DNA of 47,586 bases from an uncultured Anaerolineae bacterium (lineage in GTDB: Bacteria > Chloroflexota > Anaerolineae > CAYYKQ01): contig CAYYKQ010000002.1 of assembly GCA_964440965.1 (NCBI GenBank), positions 1-47,586 on the forward strand. Reading direction: 5' to 3'. Positions 1 through 6,925 of the stretch are shown here, piece by piece (the first letter of the stretch is position 1; each line of letters opens with the position of its first letter). The translations under genes were made by a program, and so were the position numbers. Below the pieces are notes generated by a model. It had not been told where the DNA came from. It searched no databases and saw only the letters and a list, made by a program, of their open reading frames with translations.

Positions 1-1438
1 CCGCCGAAGTGGATCTGATGTGATAATCGCCTTCATCGGGGGCCACGAAGGCTGGGTCTCCGGGGTAATCGTTGCTATGATAAACCGTACCCGTCCACTT
101 GGTGTCGTTGGCCCACCACAAAGTGCTTTCCAGCCTGGCCGTTGCACCGCTGTAGACATAGACGCCCACTGAGTGGCCGACCAGGATGGTGTTGGTGAGG
201 GCGGCGCTGCCAGAGCGGACAAAAACCCCCGTGCGGTCGCCGCCGCTGTTGTAGGCGAGGGTGGTGTTCAGCAGCTCTGGCGACTCACCCCAGATGAAGA
301 GGCCACTGCCTGACATGTGGGCCTGATTATCGGCCACGACCATATTGAGCAGCTTGGGCTCATTGCCGACCAGAAACAGTCCACCGCCATGGCTGGCGGA
401 GTTATAAATGATGATGTTCCCATCGAGCAGAGCATCGCTCCCATGAAGGTACAGTCCGCCGCCATAGTTAGCAACGTTAGAGATGACAAGATTCCTCTTG
501 AGCGAGGCATTGCTCTCATGCACGTACAACCCGCCGCCGTATGCAGCAGCGGTGTTGGCGGCTATGGTGTTTCCACTAAGCAGGGCGGGGCTTCTCCACA
601 GCCACATGCCGCCACCATAACTAGCGGTGTTGGAGATAATGGTATTTTCGCTGAGTTGAGGGGCACCATGGCTCACGCACAGACCGCCGCCACCGTAGGT
701 TGGAGCAGTGTTAGAGACGATGTCGTTCCCACTGAGCACAGCATCGCTCTCGTACAGATACAACCCGCCACCATAATCGGCGCTGTTGGAGATGATGGTA
801 TTGCCCATCAAGGTGGAGTCGCTGTGCCTCAGACACACCCCTCCACCGTAAGTGAAGCCGAATTTGGCCGACCGGGCAGTGTTGTTAAACACCCGGCAGC
901 CACTGATGGTGGCCTCGGCTTCGTAGATATATATCCCACCGCCGATATTTGATGCCGACCCAAAGGCGTTGCCGCCGGTGATGCGCAGGCCCTCAATGGT
1001 GGGGCTGATGTCGCCAGCGATGTAAAGCACTCGCCCCCGCCCCTGAGCATCAAGCGTGGTAGGGTTAGCCTCGGGGTCGGGATGTTCCCAGTCGGCGGTG
1101 GTGTAGCCGCCCCGAATGGCCACGCTCTTGGTGATGTAGACCACTTGAGTGATGCCATTGCGGAAATGGATGTCGGTGTAGACGCCCGTGGCCACCCTTA
1201 TCTCCTCACCCGGGAGGGCCTGATCCACGGCATATTGCACCGTACGGCAGGGGTTGGTTTCGCCTCCGCAGCCGGGGGTATCGACGCCAGTGGGGGCCAC
1301 ACGGATGATCCCTGCGCCCGATTGGGCTTTAACCGTGGGCGGCCAGTCGCTCAGCATCCCCAGCAGAATCAACGTCCCAGCTACAGCCAGCAGGCCGATG
1401 GCTAAAGTCAGTAGAAGGTACAACCCTCTAACCCTCAT
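1..1438 (-). CDS. secreted right-handed parallel beta-helix (PbH1-type) repeat protein; C-terminus runs off the left window edge
   Basis: Absent from the ORF track because it is edge-truncated. My translation of the minus strand from ATG 1438..1436 gives MRVRGLYLLLTLAIGLLAVAGTLILLG (signal/anchor helix). It is followed by at least 6 tandem ~23-25 aa units, e.g. GNTIISNSADYGGGLYLYESDAVLS, ENTIISNTASYGGGMWLWRSPALLS, GNTIAANTAAAYGGGLYVHESNASLK. The frame is open to base 1. Track ORF 317..952(+) is its antisense shadow. Confidence 0.8.
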   Translation of the reverse strand, partial: MRVRGLYLLLTLAIGLLAVAGTLILLGMLSDWPPTVKAQSGAGIIRVAPTGVDTPGCGGETNPCRTVQYAVDQALPGEEIRVATGVYTDIHFRNGITQVVYITKSVAIRGGYTTADWEHPDPEANPTTLDAQGRGRVLYIAGDISPTIEGLRITGGNAFGSASNIGGGIYIYEAEATISGCRVFNNTARSAKFGFTYGGGVCLRHSDSTLMGNTIISNSADYGGGLYLYESDAVLSGNDIVSNTAPTYGGGGLCVSHGAPQLSENTIISNTASYGGGMWLWRSPALLSGNTIAANTAAAYGGGLYVHESNASLKRNLVISNVANYGGGLYLHGSDALLDGNIIIYNSASHGGGLFLVGNEPKLLNMVVADNQAHMSGSGLFIWGESPELLNTTLAYNSGGDRTGVFVRSGSAALTNTILVGHSVGVYVYSGATARLESTLWWANDTKWTGTVYHSNDYPGDPAFVAPDEGDYHIRSTSA

Positions 1439-1653
1439 CACCGTTAAACTCCATCGGCACTCTTTGGGAAATGCCCTGTCCCTAAGGTCCATATCACCGC
1501 TGTTCGATCGAATTTATAACAAAACTCCACTCTAATGCTTGGCACTCTGCGCGGAGTAGGCACAACCGTTGCCTCTAGATTGCACTCAGAAGAGGGCTGA
1601 GCAACGCTTTGCTAGATTTTTATGCGGCCGCCTGTGCTTTTCCCTGCTCCCAC

Positions 1654-2358
1654 TCAACGAAAGCCGAGAAGCCTCAGGAGTTTACGAATCCAGCGCAGGA
1701 TGATCTCCCAGATGCTGGGGGGCTTGGAGGGCAGCAATCTCGCTTGGGGGTCGCCCCAGAACACCTTGTGCTCTCGATCCCAAGCTAAATAACGTCGACA
1801 AGCCTGGGGGGCGTTGTCAAGCCAATAATCGAAGCGGTCCAAACAGGCTTGGTGCGCCTCTCCGTGGGTCGCTCCCTTAAACAGCTCGCGGTCCACGGTG
1901 GTATGCGAATCGAAGAAGGGCGTTGCGTATTTATCCGGGAAGTTCCCTCTCTCAATTACAAATATGAAGCTCTCATCGTATCCGTGCACCCCTACGGCTT
2001 TGCCCTCCTCCTGCATCCACCTGGCACCCTCCCTCCCAAATACGCAGGACAGAAAATTGAAATGGTGACCATTGCTGATGGCCTTCGTCTCCTCATCCCC
2101 TTTCCAGAAGACCCTTTCCCTCCTCTGGCCAGTAAATATGGTCGCGTTTCCATGCCCCAGGCCGCTGAAGTAGATGAAGTTTTCGCGCTTGCAAGCCTCG
2201 AGGACCTTGCTTCGAACGGCGTCGTCCCCATAGAGGTCGACCAGGTCAAACCCAGCCTCCTCAGCCGGCTTCACCACGTGCTCCTTCATCCAATATTGGC
2301 CCCAGTGGCAGGCTGTATCCGTCCAGTCCGGGCGTTGGACAACCACGAGAGTGGCCAT
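1654..2358 (-). CDS. hypothetical cytosolic protein with a His/Cys motif context like clan CD (gingipain/caspase-fold) cysteine peptidases and a C-terminal basic amphipathic helix
   Basis: 234-aa ORF with no signal peptide. A hydrophobic strand + GHG (ENFIYFSGLGHGN) is followed ~45 aa later by a hydrophobic strand + Cys (HHFNFLSCVFG). The tail is PPSIWEIILRWIRKLLRLLGFR. ATG 2358 lies 1 nt after the TAA of the upstream 76-aa ORF (TAA-C-ATG). Confidence 0.55.
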   Translation of the reverse strand: MATLVVVQRPDWTDTACHWGQYWMKEHVVKPAEEAGFDLVDLYGDDAVRSKVLEACKRENFIYFSGLGHGNATIFTGQRRERVFWKGDEETKAISNGHHFNFLSCVFGREGARWMQEEGKAVGVHGYDESFIFVIERGNFPDKYATPFFDSHTTVDRELFKGATHGEAHQACLDRFDYWLDNAPQACRRYLAWDREHKVFWGDPQARLLPSKPPSIWEIILRWIRKLLRLLGFR

Positions 2359-2359
2359 G

Positions 2360-2590
2360 TTACTCTAACCCCCTTCGTCGGAGCGCTCGCATATAGGCTT
2401 TTTCGACCTCGATCTCCCTCCTGCCTATCTCGTCTCTGGCCTCCATATGGGCGAGGATCTCCTTGAACGGGTAGACGAGGTCTTCGATCACCACCTCTAA
2501 CTTTTCCACTTCTTCTGGCGAGGCCTCCGCCAGAACCCTCCTCTTGAAATGTTCGATGGCCTCCTCATCCGTGATCTCCTGTTCAGCCAT
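2360..2590 (-). CDS. small (76 aa) highly charged, predicted all-helical protein, translationally coupled to 1654..2358
   Basis: ORF MAEQEITDEEAIEHFKRRVLAEASPEEVEKLEVVIEDL... SD AAAGGAGG lies 6 nt upstream of ATG 2590. Its stop is 1 nt before the next ATG. Confidence 0.55.
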   Translation of the reverse strand: MAEQEITDEEAIEHFKRRVLAEASPEEVEKLEVVIEDLVYPFKEILAHMEARDEIGRREIEVEKAYMRALRRRGLE

Positions 2591-2786
2591 ATCGATCCTC
2601 CTTTCTATGAATTTGATATCACACCATCAAACGTCAAAAAGAGGGGCTCGTTTTGTGGTAGCCTCTATGCTTTTCAACCCCTCGTTAATCTCCTCGCTTT
2701 CTCCCTCCGCCTTATCCAAGCTCGGTTGTGGGTTATGCCCGTTAACGATTCCTCACACCGCTGAAACCAACTCCAAAATCGCTTGC

Positions 2787-2815
2787 ATTATACAACAAAA
2801 TCCTCCAAATGCCAA
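2787..2815 (-). promoter_or_regulatory. sigma70-type promoter candidate for the 76-aa/234-aa cassette
   Basis: Minus strand reads TTGGCA (2815..2810), a 17-nt spacer, then TATAAT (2792..2787). This implies a ~190-nt leader before ATG 2590. Confidence 0.5.
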
Positions 2816-2875
2816 GTCGATCTCTCACGAATTGCCGAAACCTTTAATAGGTCAAGCCTATTCACGATCCGGAGC

Positions 2876-3778
2876 TTACTTGGATGCGTTCAGGAGAGTT
2901 CTCATCTCCGGGTCGTCGGCGAAATCGGGGCCAAGGAGCACGGTTTTGCCCTTATAGCTGGTCACCTTACCCTTTTCGTCGATGGAAAGCTCGACCTTCC
3001 CCACCCACTCGCCGTGATAACCGGCCTGGACGATGATAGTGCCCGTGGGTCCGATGCGCAACGGTGGATTGAGGACGGTCCGTGAATTCCCCCCTACGAT
3101 GAGGTCGATGCCCTCCACTTCGGAGGCTAGTCTTTTGTCCTCTTTCAAGCCCAGATTCGAGAGCACGATGACGATATCCGCTTCCTCGCCGAGCTCGGCC
3201 AGGTAACGGCGGGCCGTTTCGAAGGGGTCGAGGACGGTGATGCTCCCACCGCCTGCCATCAGAGCCGCTTTAGGGTTGGTCAGGCCGATGATAGCTGCCT
3301 TATGCTCACCGATCCCTTTAATGGCATAGGGCTTAGCGAAGAGTTCCCCCGTCGCGGTCAACATCGCATTGGCTGAGAGGATGGGAAATTCGGCCTCGGC
3401 TATGCGTTGGCGCAGGTCCTCCAGGCCCAGGCTAAAGTCTCGATCGCCGAGGGCCATGGCATCGTAGTTCAGAAGATTCATGGCCTCTACGATGACCTTT
3501 CCCCTGGCTGAGCGCGAATCAGAAAATGCGTTCCCCGCATCCAGCAACAGGACATGGGCCGCCCTCCTCCGCTCTTCCTTCACCAAGGTGGCTCGCCGAG
3601 CCAACCCGCCCTTGCGCGGCTTTCAACCACAAGGTTCAGTGAAACCCAGCGTATCATTGGTGTGTAAGACCGTCAGGACAATAGGTTGCGGCTTCGTTGG
3701 CACAGGTGTGGCCACCTTGCAGCCGAAGAGAGCCAACCCGATGGCTGCTATTAAAGCGAACCTTACGGCTTTAAGCAT
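2876..3778 (-). CDS. lipoprotein with degenerate metallophosphoesterase / 5'-nucleotidase N-domain fold, containing one in-frame TGA at 3623..3625 (selenocysteine candidate, otherwise a pseudogene)
   Basis: Track ORFs 3623..3811 and 2876..3604 are in the same frame (3811-3604=207), separated only by TGA. The joined reading is ...LTVLHTNDTLGFTEPCG-TGA-KPRKGGLARRATLVKEERRRAAHVLLLDAGN... Likely start is ATG 3778 (MLKAVRFALIAAIGLALFGC: signal peptide + lipobox). Family-like segments: LHTND, GGLARRAT, LLLDAG, PILSANA, IIGLTN, DLIVGG. Confidence 0.6.
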
Positions 3779-3877
3779 CGCTCCCCCACGGTTTACGCTT
3801 AACTCCTTCAAGGTCCAGGGCCATCCGCAAACTTGCCCTGTTCCAGGTCTGGAGGGGAGGATCTACAATGTAAAATT

Positions 3878-3907
3878 ATTATACACCAAGATCCCTACAG
3901 ATGCCAA
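3878..3907 (-). promoter_or_regulatory. sigma70-type promoter candidate for the lipoprotein gene
   Basis: Minus strand reads TTGGCA (3907..3902), an 18-nt spacer, then TATAAT (3883..3878). Confidence 0.45.
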
Positions 3908-3923
3908 ATGAACGGCTGTGAAT

Positions 3924-3952
3924 TTGCTTTTATGCAAGGGATTGTGTAAAAT
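3924..3952 (+). promoter_or_regulatory. sigma70-type promoter candidate for the GT4 gene at 4001
   Basis: TTGCTT (3924..3929), 17 nt, TAAAAT (3947..3952). It lies back-to-back with the minus-strand promoter in the AT-rich divergent region. Confidence 0.4.
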
Positions 3953-4000
3953 TAAAAACCCCTGGATTCGGCATGGACGTCAAAGGCCAAGGAGCTGCCG

Positions 4001-5197
4001 ATGGGCTTAAGAGCCTACAATGTCTTGATGATCGCCCCAACGAGCTTCTTCCTCGATTACGGCTGCCATGTTCGCATCGCTGAGGAAGCTCGGATCCTGG
4101 AAAGGATGGGCCACCAAGTCACCATCGTCACCTATTACAAAGGGCGGGATTTAAATGGGTTGGCCATCGAACGAACGATGCCCATTCCCTGGCGGCACGA
4201 CTATGAGGTTGGCTGCTCCAAACATAAGATCGCCTTCGATATCCTGCTCCTGATTAAGTCGCTGAAGGTGGCCTTACGCCGAAAGCCGGATGTCATCCAT
4301 GGCCACCTCCACGAAGGCGCCCTGATCGGGTATGCAGTTGGGAAGCTGTTAAGAATACCCCTGGTATTCGACTTCCAAGGCAGCCTCACCGGGGAGATGG
4401 TTGACCATCGTTTTCTGAATCCCCATGGCCCTTTCTATGGCCCCACACGCCGCCTGGAGGAGGTCATTGACCGCCTCCCTCACGCCATCATCGCCAACTC
4501 ACAACATGCCGCTGATCTTCTCGGCGGGGAATTCCGTTGCAGCCCCGAGGATATCCACGTCGTACCCGACTGCGTCGACCCCTATTCCTTCCGGCCCGAT
4601 GTGCTGACTAAAGAGGAGAGGCTTGCTTTGAAAAGCCAGTTGGGCATCCCCTTCAAACGCAAGGTGGTCGTCTACTTAGGCCTCCTAGCTGAATACCAAG
4701 GCGTAGGCCTCCTTATCCGGGCAGCGGCTGAGCTGGTCAAGGCCCATCCTGAAGTGCACTTTCTGATCATGGGTTTCCCTGGCGTGGAGAACTACCGTGC
4801 CTATGCCCATAGCCTAAGGCTGGCCGATCATATCACATTCACCGGTAAAGTCCCTTATGAGCAGGCACCGCACTACCTGGCTTTAGGCGACATCGCCGTG
4901 GCTCCTAAACTCTCAGCCACCGAGGGCAGCGGCAAGCTCCTGAATTACATGGCTATGGCCTTGCCCACAGTGGCTTTTGATACCCCGGTCAGCCGGGAAT
5001 ATCTGGGCGATCTAGGGATCTACGCCGAACGAGGCAGTTATATGGCTTTAGCCGAAGCGATGGTCACGCTTTTAGAGGATGAGGAGAGGGCGGCTGCCTT
5101 GGGCCAGGCTCTGCGCAAGCGAGCGATCGAGAACTATTCTTGGGAGAGGGCAGGCCGGAAGATCGTGGAAGTATACGATCTGATCCATAGACATTGA
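4001..5197 (+). CDS. GT4-family (GT-B fold) glycosyltransferase
   Basis: 398 aa. GT-B C-terminal half with FTGKVPYEQAPHYLALGDIAVAPK and an E-x7-E-type region EGSGKLLNYMAMALPTVAFDTPVSRE. SD AAGGAG lies 6 nt upstream of the ATG. Confidence 0.85.
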   Translation: MGLRAYNVLMIAPTSFFLDYGCHVRIAEEARILERMGHQVTIVTYYKGRDLNGLAIERTMPIPWRHDYEVGCSKHKIAFDILLLIKSLKVALRRKPDVIHGHLHEGALIGYAVGKLLRIPLVFDFQGSLTGEMVDHRFLNPHGPFYGPTRRLEEVIDRLPHAIIANSQHAADLLGGEFRCSPEDIHVVPDCVDPYSFRPDVLTKEERLALKSQLGIPFKRKVVVYLGLLAEYQGVGLLIRAAAELVKAHPEVHFLIMGFPGVENYRAYAHSLRLADHITFTGKVPYEQAPHYLALGDIAVAPKLSATEGSGKLLNYMAMALPTVAFDTPVSREYLGDLGIYAERGSYMALAEAMVTLLEDEERAAALGQALRKRAIENYSWERAGRKIVEVYDLIHRH

Positions 5198-5262
5198 ACA
5201 AGTCGAACGCTGATAGGGTCAGTGCGCCTCTGCTAAACATCCGATACCCTCAGAGGGGGAAG

Positions 5263-5291
5263 TTGCAAGGGAAGGGAGGTTATAGTATACT
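5263..5291 (+). promoter_or_regulatory. sigma70-type promoter candidate for the long glycan operon starting at wzm
   Basis: TTGCAA (5263..5268), 17 nt, TATACT (5286..5291). SD GAGGTGA precedes ATG 5328. Confidence 0.4.
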
Positions 5292-5327
5292 CTTTATTGG
5301 TTTCCTGTTATAGCCTTGAGGTGATGC

Positions 5328-6104
5328 ATGGAGAAGGTGGTTGGATTGATTAAATACCGGGAATTAGTGAGAAACCTGGTGGCCCGTGACCTCAAGGCCC
5401 GTTATAAGAATTCCGTTCTCGGCTTCTTCTGGTGCCTCCTCAACCCCCTGTTAATGATGGCCGTCTTCACTGTGGTCTTCACCATTCTCATGCCTAATGA
5501 TATCCCCAAATACCCTGTCTTCCTCCTCTCCGCCCTCCTGCCCTGGAACTTCTTCTCCAGGGCAGTGACGGATTCCATCGACAGCATCGTCGGCAATGCT
5601 CATCTGATCAAGAAGGTCTATTTCCCGCGCGAGGTGCTTCCCCTTTCCACGGTGCTCTCCAATCTAGTGGACTTCCTCCTAACCCTGATCGTCCTCTTCG
5701 CCGTGCTCTTCGCCTTCAGAGTCAAGCTCACCATTTGGGCCCTGCTTCTGCCGGCGATAATCCTCATCCAGGTGATCTTCACCTTGGGCCTATCCTTGTT
5801 TTTCGCCGCATTGAACGTCTTCTATCGGGACACGAAGATCATCATGGAGACGGTGATGCTGGCTTGGTTCTTCCTCACCCCCATCTTCTATCGCATTGAG
5901 GACCTCCTTCCTCGCTATGCCAGGTTAATGTACTGGGTGAACCCGATGGCCTCGCTCGTATCCTCCTATCGGGTCATCCTCTACTCCGGTGCGCCCCCAG
6001 CCTTCGACTTTTTAGCTCGTACTTTCGTCACCGCGCTGGCCATCCTGGTGGTGGGATACCTCTTCTTCGGCCGCTATAGCTCTGTCTTCGGCGAGGAGGT
6101 GTAG
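5328..6104 (+). CDS. wzm: ABC-2 type polysaccharide/teichoic-acid export permease (Wzm/TagG family)
   Basis: 258 aa, multi-TM. Typical N-terminus YRELVRNLVARDLKARYKNSVLGFFWCLLNPLLMM. Sits in an operon with the Wzt-like ATPase. Confidence 0.85.
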   Translation: MEKVVGLIKYRELVRNLVARDLKARYKNSVLGFFWCLLNPLLMMAVFTVVFTILMPNDIPKYPVFLLSALLPWNFFSRAVTDSIDSIVGNAHLIKKVYFPREVLPLSTVLSNLVDFLLTLIVLFAVLFAFRVKLTIWALLLPAIILIQVIFTLGLSLFFAALNVFYRDTKIIMETVMLAWFFLTPIFYRIEDLLPRYARLMYWVNPMASLVSSYRVILYSGAPPAFDFLARTFVTALAILVVGYLFFGRYSSVFGEEV

Positions 6105-6164
6105 GGAGCTAGGGCGAAAAATGGATATCGAGTTGTCTAATCAAACTCACAAGGAGATGTACCG

Positions 6165-6845
6165 ATGAGCTATAGTAAAGACCTAAGAAATGTGATTTTG
6201 CTTGGCTTGCTCGTCTTGGCGCTGCTCCTTTCGCTTTTCCCATTCTTCATTGTTGAGGCCTCCTCGCCCCTCCTCATCAGCGAGGTCTTCTACGACACTC
6301 CCGGCACGGATTCGGACGAGGAGTGGATCGAGATATACAATCCAACCCTTTCCACCATCCCCCTCTCCGACTACAAAGTCGGCGACGAGGAAGAGCAGGG
6401 CGGGAGCGAGGGGATGTATCAATTTCCCTCCGGGGCAAGCATATCCCCTGGAGGCGTCATCGTCGTCGCCCTCAAGGCGACCGGCTTTCACGCCCTCTAT
6501 GGCTTCAACCCAGACTACGAGGTTACTGATACTGATGCCACCGTCCCCGACATGATCAAATACTCGGCCTGGGCCACGGGCAAGATCGCCCTGGGGAACA
6601 CTGGGGACGAGGTGCTTCTCCTCGACGGCTCGGATAACCCTGTGGATGTCGTGGTCTATGAAGGCGGCAGCTACCCAGGGGTCACTCCTCACCCTGGGGT
6701 GTCCACAGGCCACTCGCTAGAGAGGGTGCCGGCCGGTCGGGACACCGACGACTGCAGCGCGGACTTCACTGATCAAGAATTCCCAACCCCAGGGGACCTG
6801 CCAACCTACACGATCTACCTGCCTCTCGTGGTGAAAAATCACTAG
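6165..6845 (+). CDS. membrane-anchored lamin-tail-domain (LTD) protein ending in a YLPLVVKNH motif
   Basis: N-terminal TM helix (VILLGLLVLALLLSLFPFFIV). LTD hallmarks: LLISEVFYDTPGTDSDEEWIEIYNPTLSTIPLSDYKVGDEE...FPSGASISPGGVIVVA...IALGNTGDEVLLLDGSDNPVDVVVYE. C-terminus TYTIYLPLVVKNH. Confidence 0.75.
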   Translation: MSYSKDLRNVILLGLLVLALLLSLFPFFIVEASSPLLISEVFYDTPGTDSDEEWIEIYNPTLSTIPLSDYKVGDEEEQGGSEGMYQFPSGASISPGGVIVVALKATGFHALYGFNPDYEVTDTDATVPDMIKYSAWATGKIALGNTGDEVLLLDGSDNPVDVVVYEGGSYPGVTPHPGVSTGHSLERVPAGRDTDDCSADFTDQEFPTPGDLPTYTIYLPLVVKNH

Positions 6846-6925
6846 CGCTCCCACGATGACAGTCACCTCCACACCCGCAGCGATGGCCATGCTCACAACT
6901 GTGATTCGAAATTCGAGAGATACGT

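Noticed and set aside
317-952. 211-aa plus-strand ORF with a striking internal periodicity
   Set aside because: It is the antisense shadow of the minus-strand beta-helix repeat gene (1..1438). That gene has a signal peptide, a start codon and a recognisable PbH1 repeat. The plus-strand translation has no sensible start context or motif.
2604-2637. TTGACG at 2637..2632 (minus) as the -35 of a promoter close to the 76-aa gene
   Set aside because: No acceptable -10 hexamer lies at 16-19 nt spacing. Candidates are at 11, 15 or 22 nt and match poorly. The upstream TTGGCA-17-TATAAT pair is much better.
3623-3625. The possibility that TGA is globally reassigned (code 4 or 25) in this organism
   Set aside because: TGA terminates several well-supported genes in the window at the expected protein ends (GT4 gene at 5195..5197, M20 peptidase at 36164..36166, upp at 45005..45007). 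The in-frame TGA must therefore be local: Sec, a nonsense mutation or a sequencing error.
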